From Pseudomonas phage vB_PaeP_TUMS_P10: a stretch of 64,000 bases of DNA. Made by a program: the position numbers and the translations under genes. The notes under the pieces are model-generated. The model had not been told where the DNA came from and made no database searches. It was given only the letters and a program-made list of their open reading frames with translations. Positions within the stretch are counted from its first letter, which is position 1. Every line of letters starts with the position of its first letter. Location of the stretch: sequence record OM782452.1; one strand, 5' to 3'. Shown here piece by piece: positions 36,168 through 46,056 of this stretch.

Positions 36168-38306
36168 TCAAACCCCGAGCTTCTTCTGCACCGTGATGAG
36201 AACGGTCGTCAGCAGTTCGGTTTCGTCCAGGCTGTCCTGCATCTTGGCGTTCAAACCAAGTACCCGATTCTTGATGGTGTCGTAGCCGAAGCCGTTCTCC
36301 ACCAGGATCATGGCGAAGCGAAGGAGCATGTTGTTGCGGTTGCCGTCGCCGGAGTTGTTGATCACCCAGCGCTCCAACCGATCCATATCGCTCTGGTCCT
36401 GGAGACGGCTACGACGTTCTTCATCCTTGCTGGTTCGCGGGATGAAAGGCAGTGCGTCATAGAGTTCGCCGTCCAGTACCTCGACAGTGCCTTCGTGGGT
36501 CAACCACTTCTTGCAGCGGTGGCTGCATTGGGGATCGACTTCGAAGGGCAAGGAATCGACCAAGGCGTTGTAGAACTCCTTGTATTCCTTGGCATCGAAC
36601 TTCAGGTGATAGTTCAACGGAAGCACGATGCGGAAGTGCGGATCACTGTCAGTGTGCGACTTGGTGGTGTAGAGGATCGCCTTGTAGCCGTCGAGGAACT
36701 GCTTGGCCAATTCCAGCTTGCAGGTGCCATCGATATCGAGGACTACCATGTTGAAGCCAGGAATCGCATTCTCCTCGTTGCGGTAACCGCCAGCGAGGTG
36801 GTGTGCAATCCAGTGAAGGCCAGGCATGCCGACCAGCTTCGCCATGTTTTCCCAGGTCACCTTGTCGTTGTAATACCCTTCCGTCATTTCACGGGAGTAG
36901 GACACGATAAGGTCGTTACCCTTGATATCAGTGGCTTTCAGCGATTCGCCTCGGATGAAGTCTACGTTGTCACGAATCGACTTCTTGATGATCACGTTGT
37001 TCTTGTAGCCCCATGCGGTGGCCAACAGGATCAACTCTTCCCGCTGACTCTTGGAACCCCGGAAGAACGGGAGATCCTCGATCAGATCGGTGTAGTTCAT
37101 CTCGCGATTGGTGTTGGCCAGGTACTTCGCCAACTTGACGTAGGTACGGTCCCGACTCAGTAGCATCTTGAATGCTTCGCCAGACTCTTCTGCCAGCTTA
37201 ACCGCTGCATAGAAGTGGTCTTGTGTCAGGACCGGACTGTCGTCAACGAAGGCATACGCACCAGCCAACTTGAGTGCCTTGAAGTAACGGTGAGTGATCT
37301 CCGCCTTTCTGGTTTCCTCGTGTTCGCCGAGTTCGGCTGCTTCAGCTTCGCACTTCAGCTTGTACTCAATGATGAGTAGTGCTGTGTCCTTGTCCATTGT
37401 CAGAACCTTCCGCATGTTGGAAGGATCCGCAAGGGTTTCCAACTTTTCGCTGAGGTCGTCGATGAACTGGACGGTGTTGTTGCTGGTCATGAGGTCGTAA
37501 ACCTCATCCGGGGTCATGGCAACCTTCTTCTGGTCGCCACCGAGTCCGAAGAAGGACCGGCGAGCGTAACCAGTTTCCAACATGGAGTTGAACTCCTCTT
37601 CCGTCTTGCTGCCGTTGAGCAGCTTGGTCGGAGTACCGAACAACATCATGTTGGTAGGCGTCTTGCCTCGGATTTCCTCGCCTCGCACGTTGTCCTGCGT
37701 GTTCTTCACCAGCTTTTGCTTGATGGCGCCCACGTCGTAGAGTTCGAGGAAGGTGTTCAACACTTCGATCTGACCCGTAAGGTTCGAGCCGATTTCGTCG
37801 ATCACCAGGTTCACTGCACCGGCATTTGCCATGAGCAGTTTGTGCCGCATCTGCTTCACAGCAGGCGGCGTACCGGAGTCAAAGGTATAAACCAGTGGCC
37901 CCAGTTGGTTGAACTCCTTCTGGACTCGCAGGAGTTCTTCGCTTTCGTCACAGTCCTTACGACTGGACCGTTCGAAAGCCAGCTTCTGAAGGTTGACTTC
38001 AGCCGCCGCATCGAAGCTTTCCATGAAGCGCTCACGGAAAGGACCAGTGATCTGTTCCTCCATGATGTTCGTGGAAAAGCCTTTACCCGCGCCCGAAGGC
38101 ATCAGGTTGATGGCGTACATGTTGACAGGGATTACCCCACGATCATGCGTCTTGATAGAGCAACGCATTTGAGCGGCCATCATGGAGAAGTGGAACCCTA
38201 CGAGAACCCGGAAGAAGAGGTGATTCTTCGACTGGGTTTTCTCGCAGAGAATCTCGACGATGCGCTCGGATGTGGGGTGATGCTTCATCTGATCCAATGA
38301 AAGCAT
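36168..38306 (-). CDS. replication protein, putative primase (P-loop N-terminal region, DxD-containing C-terminal domain)
   Basis: 712 aa; PSGAGKGFS P-loop-like; MVVLDIDG ... SHTDSDPHFRIVLPL resembles primase/polymerase catalytic motifs. Confidence 0.4.
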   Translation of the reverse strand: MLSLDQMKHHPTSERIVEILCEKTQSKNHLFFRVLVGFHFSMMAAQMRCSIKTHDRGVIPVNMYAINLMPSGAGKGFSTNIMEEQITGPFRERFMESFDAAAEVNLQKLAFERSSRKDCDESEELLRVQKEFNQLGPLVYTFDSGTPPAVKQMRHKLLMANAGAVNLVIDEIGSNLTGQIEVLNTFLELYDVGAIKQKLVKNTQDNVRGEEIRGKTPTNMMLFGTPTKLLNGSKTEEEFNSMLETGYARRSFFGLGGDQKKVAMTPDEVYDLMTSNNTVQFIDDLSEKLETLADPSNMRKVLTMDKDTALLIIEYKLKCEAEAAELGEHEETRKAEITHRYFKALKLAGAYAFVDDSPVLTQDHFYAAVKLAEESGEAFKMLLSRDRTYVKLAKYLANTNREMNYTDLIEDLPFFRGSKSQREELILLATAWGYKNNVIIKKSIRDNVDFIRGESLKATDIKGNDLIVSYSREMTEGYYNDKVTWENMAKLVGMPGLHWIAHHLAGGYRNEENAIPGFNMVVLDIDGTCKLELAKQFLDGYKAILYTTKSHTDSDPHFRIVLPLNYHLKFDAKEYKEFYNALVDSLPFEVDPQCSHRCKKWLTHEGTVEVLDGELYDALPFIPRTSKDEERRSRLQDQSDMDRLERWVINNSGDGNRNNMLLRFAMILVENGFGYDTIKNRVLGLNAKMQDSLDETELLTTVLITVQKKLGV

Positions 38307-38315
38307 TACTCACTC

Positions 38316-39332
38316 CTAGATGATGAGATCGCCTGAAGCGATCAAGGCGTCTTTCTGCTTGCACACAGTGAAAGCAGGGCAGTAGGCACAGGCTTTAACC
38401 TGTCCAGGGATGGTCTTGACTACCCCGACGTTGCCGTCTTCACGCAGACGTACCAAGGCTTCGGCTTCAGTGTCGAAGTTCTTGGTGCTTCGTGCTCCGC
38501 GTTCCGTGGCTTTGGCCGGGTTCTTATAGTACTTATAGACCGGATCCGACCGCCATAGCTCTTCGTCCGAACACATGGGCAGATCGTCTTCATCCGCGTC
38601 GATCAAATCGATCAACGTCTTCACCCGGTTCCGCACCCACAGCTCTGTTTCCCGAAGGGACATGAGCTTGAATTCCTTGGCTTGAATCCTGGATTGCGGG
38701 TACTTCTCCGGTTGCTGCCTGGCCATTGCTTTCTGCCAGTCGGTGAAGATGAAGTTGATGAGCATCGTGTCCTTGGTCACCAGTTCGGGATTGAGCCAGC
38801 GATACAGGGATCCTTGCAGGATGTAGTCCTTGTCCTTGCTGCCCATGGTGTAGCTGTAGACAGTGGTGGACTTGATGTCCTCTACCCGGCCATCGCCAAC
38901 GAAGTCGAACTTGCCGGAGATGTTGATCCCCATGAACTCCCGCTTGGTCCGCTGCTCCATGTACACAGGGATGGCCTTACCACCCTTGGCATTGGAGTTG
39001 AAGGCTTCCAGTTCTTCCTTGGTGGGATTCACCAGAACGCGTTCACGGATGGCCTTGGGGTAGCCCAGCAAAGCCAGGGCAGTGTCATGGTTTGTGGTCC
39101 ACGCCTTCTCGACGGAATCGTGAAAGGCATTACCCATGGCACTGTTGATGCGGTTGGCCACATCTTCTACCTTGGCTTCCTCGGATACCCGACGAGCCAG
39201 GATGGTTTGCTTGATCGGGCGAAGCATCGTCGTCACAGACAAACCAGCCTCGGAATAGTCGTAGTAGTCCGATGCCAGCCAGACGGCCATAGACAGGGGA
39301 ATCCCCGTCTCATTGGTATAGCGAGCGGCCAT
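38316..39332 (-). CDS. PD-(D/E)xK nuclease, Cas4/RecB-like, with C-terminal Cys cluster
   Basis: DFVGDGRVEDIKS (D..E.K) and CAYCPAFTVC cysteine cluster typical of Fe-S Cas4/AddB-type exonucleases. Confidence 0.5.
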   Translation of the reverse strand: MAARYTNETGIPLSMAVWLASDYYDYSEAGLSVTTMLRPIKQTILARRVSEEAKVEDVANRINSAMGNAFHDSVEKAWTTNHDTALALLGYPKAIRERVLVNPTKEELEAFNSNAKGGKAIPVYMEQRTKREFMGINISGKFDFVGDGRVEDIKSTTVYSYTMGSKDKDYILQGSLYRWLNPELVTKDTMLINFIFTDWQKAMARQQPEKYPQSRIQAKEFKLMSLRETELWVRNRVKTLIDLIDADEDDLPMCSDEELWRSDPVYKYYKNPAKATERGARSTKNFDTEAEALVRLREDGNVGVVKTIPGQVKACAYCPAFTVCKQKDALIASGDLII

Positions 39333-39335
39333 GGT

Positions 39336-39734
39336 TTAACCCTCGGGGTTGTCTTCCAACCAGCGGTTCAGGGAATCCCTGGCTTCCCTTACGTCCTGGT
39401 GCATCGACTTGCCGCCGCTGCGCTGGCCCAGGTTGAGCAGCTTCTTGCGTGCATGGTCGATGGCACCGGAGTTGTCGCAGGTGATCGGGAACAGGGTGTT
39501 CAGCCGGTACACGTCAAGCCAGGTCCACTCCTTGGGGATATCCCGACGGTAGCGGTTCTTCGGATCCACCTTGGGCTTGGTGTCCTTGGCTGCCGCTTTC
39601 ACGTATTCCTTGGGCAAGCCTACGATGGACACTCCGTAGACCGATCCCATGGAGGACATCTTGTAGAGTTCCCGGCAGAGGCCGCAGGTGGCTGTGGTGC
39701 TGTGATGGTTGTTGCACAGGGGGTGTTTGGTCAT
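39336..39734 (-). CDS. hypothetical Cys-rich protein
   Basis: 132 aa; CNNHH..CGLC possible zinc ribbon. Confidence 0.45.
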   Translation of the reverse strand: MTKHPLCNNHHSTTATCGLCRELYKMSSMGSVYGVSIVGLPKEYVKAAAKDTKPKVDPKNRYRRDIPKEWTWLDVYRLNTLFPITCDNSGAIDHARKKLLNLGQRSGGKSMHQDVREARDSLNRWLEDNPEG

Positions 39735-40156
39735 AGGGACTCCTTCTGTTTGTTGAGGTGGAAGATGGCTAGCTTAGCAGCAGCCATGTAGCGACGGGCT
39801 TGCCGGCTGTCCAGGGACATACCGGAAGCCAGCAGGTCTGTGCTCAGTTGAGGCTCCTTCAGGAGGCTGAACAGGCGCATGGCCGATAACGGCTTCTGGG
39901 AGCCTTCTGCGAGCGAAGCGATGCCCACGAGGACATCCTCTACCACCGGATCAACAAACATGTTGTCGAGGCCCTGGAGGCGCTTTGCATGAGGGTTCTG
40001 TACCCAACGGGTACGAGGGCCGCCGATGGCGTTCTTGTTCAAGCCATGGAAGCGAATGGTATCTGTGCTTGCCTTACCCAGGGAAGCCTTGAGGTTGGGC
40101 ATGCTGTCGATGGGGAAATCGATGACGGGAATGTCGGCTGCGGTCAGCTTTTTCAT
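39731..40156 (-). CDS. hypothetical protein (first gene of this minus-strand block)
   Basis: 141 aa. Confidence 0.45.
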   Translation of the reverse strand: MKKLTAADIPVIDFPIDSMPNLKASLGKASTDTIRFHGLNKNAIGGPRTRWVQNPHAKRLQGLDNMFVDPVVEDVLVGIASLAEGSQKPLSAMRLFSLLKEPQLSTDLLASGMSLDSRQARRYMAAAKLAIFHLNKQKESL

Positions 40157-40538
40157 GGGTAAAACCTCTGGTTAAAAAATGATCACGAAACGGTCTTATA
40201 TATAAAGGGGTCCACCCTCCCCCTCTTGAATTTACATTCAAGCCCCCGGAGGGGGCCGGGAGTCGGGTGGACCCTGGGAAGGTCTCTCCCCTGACCTTCT
40301 CCCCCTACCCTGAGACGGGGTAGTGTCAAGGGGGATCGGCGCCAGCCGCACGCCCCCGCAGACACGGATCCCGTCGAGGGGTAGGGATATTGATTTACCT
40401 ATACCCCTATACCCTACCGGAGTCCGTGTCTCCCACTCGGGCTTCGCTGCGCTCACCGCTCGGGGGACACTACCCCGGTAGGGTATAGGGGGGAGGAGGG
40501 GGAGAGGGTTATACTGGGTAAAACAGGAGGACTTCCTA
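40157..40538. promoter_or_regulatory. 382-bp GC-rich non-coding divergent region with multiple inverted repeats and homopurine/homopyrimidine tracts
   Basis: 10-bp IR gggtccaccc (40208-40217) / gggtggaccc (40266-40275) enclosing cttgaat-ttac-attcaag and ccccc-gga-ggggg hairpins; 17-bp IR cccctataccctaccgg (40404-40420) / ccggtagggtatagggg (40475-40491); agacacgga/tccgtgtct IR; ggggggaggagggggagaggg tract. Confidence 0.45.
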
Positions 40539-41813
40539 ATGGTAGACGTATGTAATCTGAACGGTACTGAGTGTGGTACTGGTTCTTGGAAAGGCCCGAA
40601 ACCGGGTGACCCGAACATGAACAATCTACTCCTGACGGCTACTCCGGCCTTCGGGGGTATCGATATCAACTGGACATGGCCTACGCTTAACCCAGCTGCG
40701 GTCAGTCAAACTATCCTCTGGAGAAGTATCACTCCGAATTTCAACGTAGCTACACGAGTAGCGGTTGTTCAGGGTAACTTCTACTTTGACAGGGTAGATG
40801 TCGAGATCAACTTGGATACCAGGTACTACTACTGGATTCAGATGCTCTCTATCAACGGTACTGAGGGTGAAGTCATCGGTCCGGCGAGTGCAACTGCACG
40901 ACCGCTCATTGGACAGATGATGGATATCCTTTCTGGTCAAATTGATGCTGGTGCTCTTGCACAGAACCTTCGTACTGAGATCGATCAGATCCAACTGAAC
41001 AAGTTGGGGATCACTCAGGAAGAACTTCTGCGTGCCCAGAATGACCAAGGTCTTGCTGTTCGCATCTCTGAGCTTGGTGCAAAGACTGACGATGCACTGG
41101 CACTTCTCCAAGAAGAAGTACGGATTCGTACTGATGCTGATGGTGCTCTGGTACACACGGTTAACACCATGTATGCCGACTTCAACGGGAACATTGCAGC
41201 CATCCAAACCGAGCAACAGGCTCTTGCTACCCAGGTCAGTTCACTGGCTTCGTCGGTAACGACACTGAACTCTACTGTGAACGGCAACTCTGCCTCCGGG
41301 CAGATTGGTTTGGTGACCAAGGTTACCCAGCAGGAAGGGAAGATGGCTGTCATGGAGTCTCAGTACTTCGTGAAGCTCCAGGCAGGCAATCTGGTTGGTG
41401 GTTTCGGTCTGTACAACCAGGGACAGACTATCGAGGCTGGTTTCGATGTGGATAGGTTCTGGGTTGGCCGGGCCAACGTTAAACGGAAGCCATTTATCAT
41501 CGATAACAACATCGTCTACATTGACGAGGGTGCCATCAACAAACTCACCTTCGACAAGTTGAGGGCACAGGATGGAAGTCTTATCGTTCAGAACGGTAAG
41601 ATTCAGGCTAAGTACCTTGAAGCAGACCAGATTGACGTTAGCAACATCCAATCCAAGAACTGGGTGTCGGAACGTCAAGGTTGGAGGTTCTGGGACAACG
41701 GTACTTACGAGCTTAACGGTACTGCCACTTCTGGCCGTACAGTCATCAAAGGCGGAGCTACACGAGTCTATGATGCTGCTGGTGTTCTCCGCGTAATCAT
41801 GGGGGTTTGGTAA
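40539..41813 (+). CDS. tail fibre protein
   Basis: 424 aa, strong AGGAGG RBS, beta-rich N-terminal region, central coiled-coil, first gene of the tail island. Confidence 0.5.
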   Translation: MVDVCNLNGTECGTGSWKGPKPGDPNMNNLLLTATPAFGGIDINWTWPTLNPAAVSQTILWRSITPNFNVATRVAVVQGNFYFDRVDVEINLDTRYYYWIQMLSINGTEGEVIGPASATARPLIGQMMDILSGQIDAGALAQNLRTEIDQIQLNKLGITQEELLRAQNDQGLAVRISELGAKTDDALALLQEEVRIRTDADGALVHTVNTMYADFNGNIAAIQTEQQALATQVSSLASSVTTLNSTVNGNSASGQIGLVTKVTQQEGKMAVMESQYFVKLQAGNLVGGFGLYNQGQTIEAGFDVDRFWVGRANVKRKPFIIDNNIVYIDEGAINKLTFDKLRAQDGSLIVQNGKIQAKYLEADQIDVSNIQSKNWVSERQGWRFWDNGTYELNGTATSGRTVIKGGATRVYDAAGVLRVIMGVW

Positions 41814-42128
41814 ATGCCAGCCGGACTACAGACATTCACTTCCAATGGGGCACTCTGGTTTGACATGACTGAGAGGCTCTGTCAGGTCTACACATCTTTC
41901 TCTACCGGAACTACTTCCGGTAGCTTCACTATCCCGGTCGGGTCAGGGACTCCATGGTTGGTCACAGTAGCTGACTCCAACCGTGTAGTGATTGACCAGT
42001 ACCGGACGGTAGCTATTTACCCGACACCAGACCTGAGTTATGACCCGGCTACTCGTACAGTCTCCTGGTTTTTCACAGGAGTTAACGTGGGTCGTCAGCC
42101 ACTTCGGGTTATTGTGGGGTACTTCTAA
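41814..42128 (+). CDS. small tail-associated protein (MPAG N-terminus)
   Basis: 104 aa; N-terminus MPAGLQTFTSNG shared with the next gene; C-terminus LRVIVGYF echoes LRVIMGVW of the upstream fibre. Confidence 0.45.
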   Translation: MPAGLQTFTSNGALWFDMTERLCQVYTSFSTGTTSGSFTIPVGSGTPWLVTVADSNRVVIDQYRTVAIYPTPDLSYDPATRTVSWFFTGVNVGRQPLRVIVGYF

Positions 42129-42841
42129 TGCCTGCTGGTTTTCAAGTCTATTCCTTGAACGGAAACGTACTCATGGCCACCTCTGATTACAGCAACATGG
42201 CCTATCAGAGGACAGTTCGTCTCCCTTCCAGGAATTACCCGTTCATTCACAACATCGATGTGGTCGGTGAGTACCCTGTTATTGTTCTTAAACAGACTTA
42301 TCACCCTAGTGGCTATGTCTTTCGTGTGGCTGAGGTGAACAGACAGAAGATCAATGCAACTACTTGGCGTATTGGCTTGTGTACAGAGATGTTCCCTGAT
42401 AACTCAGCCTGGGCGGACATTCTGATTTTCGGCTCTGCTGCTGATATGTCTGTAAGCCAGAATGCTGGAGTACAAGTTTTCAAGGCAGACGGTAAGTTGG
42501 CCTTCAGTGATCGACTTCCGTACTTGAGAGTTCACAGTACCCTCCAAGTACCTAACTACGGTAAAGGGAGTTACGAATTCACTGTACCAGCCAACTGTGG
42601 AATCATGGTTACCACCACCTCCCGGATGGGTAAGAGGGGTATTGCAGGTCACGGTGGTGAACCGGGGGAAGTATTTGCTCTAGCTGAGGGGTTGAGCTTA
42701 CTTACCGGGGGTCGTGGTTCTATAGCCATGCAATCCATTGGTGTAACCAGTGAGATGTCTACTTCCAACTGGGAAAACGTATACGGGGGAGGTCCACCAA
42801 TGCTTGTGTTTGTCGATCTCAGTAAATTGGTATACTCCTGA
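42128..42841 (+). CDS. tail-associated protein (MPAG N-terminus paralog)
   Basis: 237 aa; N-terminus MPAGFQVYSLNG. Confidence 0.45.
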   Translation: MPAGFQVYSLNGNVLMATSDYSNMAYQRTVRLPSRNYPFIHNIDVVGEYPVIVLKQTYHPSGYVFRVAEVNRQKINATTWRIGLCTEMFPDNSAWADILIFGSAADMSVSQNAGVQVFKADGKLAFSDRLPYLRVHSTLQVPNYGKGSYEFTVPANCGIMVTTTSRMGKRGIAGHGGEPGEVFALAEGLSLLTGGRGSIAMQSIGVTSEMSTSNWENVYGGGPPMLVFVDLSKLVYS

Positions 42842-42864
42842 CTCCCTTCGAAGAGGATACAACC

Positions 42865-45800
42865 ATGACCACCAAGGTGATCTTCACCTTCCATAACCCG
42901 GATGGTAGTCCACAGGCCGGAAAAGAGTTTTCCGTCCGACTGACCCGTCCGGGTATGAACGATGCGGATGACTGCATCGTCCTACCTGAAAGCTATGACA
43001 TGACCACGGATGCTCAAGGTCAGTTCACGATGGATCTGGAGGCAGCTACTTCGGCATACCGGGTTTCCGTAGTGGATGACGACTCGTTCGAGGATGATCC
43101 GTGCATTCGCACGTCGTTCACTTTCTACGTGCCGGACTCCCCCACTCCCGTTCATGTACAGGAACTGATCCTGCTGCCTCCGCCCACGTCTCTGCCGTGG
43201 GACGAGGAAGCCATGAACAAGATCACCCAAGCTGTCGTAGATGCACGCGAGGCCCGTGACGAAGCCGAAGGTCATGCTGATCGTGCCGAAGAGCAGGTAG
43301 ATCTGGCCAAAGCCGAGGTCGTTAAAGCCCAAGCTGAAGTCGTCAAGGCCAAGGATGAGGTGACCAAGGCACAGGCTGAAGTAGCTAAAGCTGCCCAGCA
43401 GGTTGAGCTTGCAAAGGTTGAAGTAGGTAAGGCGGGAGCCTCTGCTGCTGCGGCCAAGGTCAGCGAAACCAATGCCGCGAATTCCGCTGCTGGTTCTGCT
43501 GCTTCGGCGACTGCTGCGACCAACCAAGCCAACCGTGCGAAGACGGAAGCTGATCGTGCCGAATCCCTGGCAAACCAAGTTGCCGAGAAGGTAGAAGGCG
43601 GCAACCTACCTGCACTGGTAGGAATGAACGAAACCTTCACCTACGAAGGCGGCGAGGATCATTACAACTGGACCCGAACCGGTCCGGTGAATGTGTCTCA
43701 GCACACTGGTTTCATTCGGATTTCCAAAACCGATGCCTCCGGTTCCCGTGCTTTCATTCGAAAGTCTGTCGAGTTCCCGGATGGGCACTGGATCACCTAC
43801 TTCCGGGTGAAGACCCAGACGGGTACTGCTGCACAGAACAACTCGGCCCAGATCCGGTTCCTCTCTGCCGATGGCAAGGACTACACGGTTTACTTCAACA
43901 TCAATGCCAATGGCTTGGTGGAACCGAACACCATCCATATGCAAGGTAGCGAGGGTGGGGCACGTAATGCCGCCACCATGTTCACTGGCTTGAATACCGA
44001 AGCCTGGATGGACATGGCAGTAAAGTTCGATGCCGTGAACCGCCACATTGAACTCTTCCGCCGTATGCCCAATGGCACCTGGCAGAAGGGTGGCGGTCGC
44101 TTGATGGTGGACACGATCAAGCCTGCGATCATCGAGATCTCTTCCATGCCTGTCGCACCCAATGGGTGGTGGATGGACGTGGACTTCATCACGGTTTGCC
44201 GACCGAACCTCATCTGCTACGGCGACAGCATTGCTGCCGGTCAGAACGAGTACGGGGTAACCCGAGGTACTGCGGATTACCACAACAACCGTAACTGGGC
44301 AGGAACCTGGTTTGGCCAGTCCAGCCTGTATGCCACCAACCGGAACAACCTGGTTCTGGTCCAGGGTGTAGAGGGCCGGCGTACCTGGCAGTATCTGGAT
44401 AGCCTGGGTGAGATCGAGAACTCCGGTGTGAAAGTGGTGTTCCTGCATGCAAGCACGAACGACCACAAAGACGCCACCATGACCATGGCCAAGCGTACTT
44501 CGGACACCCAAGCCATCGTGGACCGACTGCATGCTGTCGGTGCTCAGGTGGTTCTGTTCAATGCCATGCAAGGCACCAAGTTGTTCAACGATTCGTTGGC
44601 CGAAGGGGTGACCAAGCTCAAGGCGTACACCGATCAGTGGTGGTCCGAGGAACTGCATAAGGTCACTGGTTTGGGACAGGTTCTGGACATCGCCCGTGTG
44701 GTAGGCAAGGACGGTTACTTCGACCCTGCTATCGCTGCGGATGACGGTCTGCACCTGACTGCTGCATCTGCGAAGAAGATCGCCGACAAGCTGGGGCAGT
44801 TCTACTCGAACTCCACTTCCATCAATGGTTTGGCTCCTCTGGAAAGCCCTGCGTTTACCGGTATTCCTACCGTTCCAACGCAGACTCCTTTCCTGCCTTA
44901 CGGCAAGCAGATCGCCAACACCGAGTACGTCATTACCTTCATTCAGGACTGGACCAGTAACTACGGTTACGGTGACCTGACGATGCGTAACAAGACCGGT
45001 GCTCAGATGGCAGCTGGTGGTGTTCGTAGTGGTTACTACTACGTTCCTGGGGATTCTTCTAACCCCCTACCGGGAAACATCTATGCATTCGTGCATCACA
45101 TGTCCTACGACAACAACAAGGGTTGGGAACTCTGGAACCAATGCTATTCCGACCGCATGTACATGCGTTATTCGAACAACCAGGGTGTCTGGCAAACTCC
45201 GGTGGAGGTGGTCACTGAGAAGTGGATGGATCGCAATAGCTTCATGACCCCACGGGTTACTGCGTTCAACCGTTTGCCCGTGGCTTCTGCTGCCGGTTAT
45301 GAAGGGGTTGTCCCCCTGCAAGCTGGGTCCAGTGGTGCATGGCGTAACTTGAACGCCGGTTCTGCCGGGATCGGGTTGCTGGGTGCTGCTACGGTCGAGA
45401 ATGCGTTGAACTACATCGGTGGTACTCCGAAGACGATGACCAGTCTGCGGTCCTACAGCGATGCCAACGCCATCCCGAATGAGTGTGGCTTCTACGGTGT
45501 TGGGATTGCACCCTGGGCGAACTTGCCTCCAGGTGTAACCTCCATCAACCCGGTGGGTTCTACCATCTACCATCAGGTTTACGATGCCAGCACTGCTACG
45601 CAGATCTTCATTCCTCGTACTTCGGATATCTGCTATTTCCGCCGTAAGGCTGCGAACGTCTGGAGTCCTTGGGTACGCTATCTGACCGATAAGCAGTTGG
45701 TAGGCACCACTACCAACAGCAGCACCGGGGAACCGAACGGTGCCATCATGGAAAGCGGTACAACTGCCAATGGCTGGTACATCCGATTCGCTGATGGGAC

Positions 45801-46056
45801 TCAAATGGCAGGTGCAAGAACTGAACCTGGTCTGCCCGCTGGCGCCAATGTGATACAGTTGCCTGCCTCTTTCGTGTCTGGCTTCAATACCGCAGTAACC
45901 TGCAACTGGATCCCCTCTTCCAACTGGCCTACCAACGCTGGCCAAGGGGTTCGGGGGGCTTACCTGAATAGTGGTAGCACTGTTTCTTTTGCTACTGCTC
46001 AGGCAGCTGGGGCTAACGACACTATCATGATCATGGCCGTAGGGAGATGGTACTGA
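42865..46056 (+). CDS. tailspike with coiled-coil neck and SGNH/GDSL esterase domain (putative polysaccharide deacetylase)
   Basis: 1063 aa; Ala/Lys heptad repeats AEVVKAQAEVVKAKDEV; SGNH blocks GDSIAAG, STND and DDGLHLT. Confidence 0.6.
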   Translation: MTTKVIFTFHNPDGSPQAGKEFSVRLTRPGMNDADDCIVLPESYDMTTDAQGQFTMDLEAATSAYRVSVVDDDSFEDDPCIRTSFTFYVPDSPTPVHVQELILLPPPTSLPWDEEAMNKITQAVVDAREARDEAEGHADRAEEQVDLAKAEVVKAQAEVVKAKDEVTKAQAEVAKAAQQVELAKVEVGKAGASAAAAKVSETNAANSAAGSAASATAATNQANRAKTEADRAESLANQVAEKVEGGNLPALVGMNETFTYEGGEDHYNWTRTGPVNVSQHTGFIRISKTDASGSRAFIRKSVEFPDGHWITYFRVKTQTGTAAQNNSAQIRFLSADGKDYTVYFNINANGLVEPNTIHMQGSEGGARNAATMFTGLNTEAWMDMAVKFDAVNRHIELFRRMPNGTWQKGGGRLMVDTIKPAIIEISSMPVAPNGWWMDVDFITVCRPNLICYGDSIAAGQNEYGVTRGTADYHNNRNWAGTWFGQSSLYATNRNNLVLVQGVEGRRTWQYLDSLGEIENSGVKVVFLHASTNDHKDATMTMAKRTSDTQAIVDRLHAVGAQVVLFNAMQGTKLFNDSLAEGVTKLKAYTDQWWSEELHKVTGLGQVLDIARVVGKDGYFDPAIAADDGLHLTAASAKKIADKLGQFYSNSTSINGLAPLESPAFTGIPTVPTQTPFLPYGKQIANTEYVITFIQDWTSNYGYGDLTMRNKTGAQMAAGGVRSGYYYVPGDSSNPLPGNIYAFVHHMSYDNNKGWELWNQCYSDRMYMRYSNNQGVWQTPVEVVTEKWMDRNSFMTPRVTAFNRLPVASAAGYEGVVPLQAGSSGAWRNLNAGSAGIGLLGAATVENALNYIGGTPKTMTSLRSYSDANAIPNECGFYGVGIAPWANLPPGVTSINPVGSTIYHQVYDASTATQIFIPRTSDICYFRRKAANVWSPWVRYLTDKQLVGTTTNSSTGEPNGAIMESGTTANGWYIRFADGTQMAGARTEPGLPAGANVIQLPASFVSGFNTAVTCNWIPSSNWPTNAGQGVRGAYLNSGSTVSFATAQAAGANDTIMIMAVGRWY

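Noticed and set aside
38682-39791. 369-aa plus-strand ORF opposite the Cas4-like nuclease and neighbouring genes
   Set aside because: Antisense artefact. It spans two real minus-strand genes that carry nuclease and cysteine motifs.
43606-45945. Minus-strand ORFs (382 and 292 aa) inside the tailspike gene
   Set aside because: Antisense to a gene with clear SGNH esterase blocks and coiled-coil repeats.
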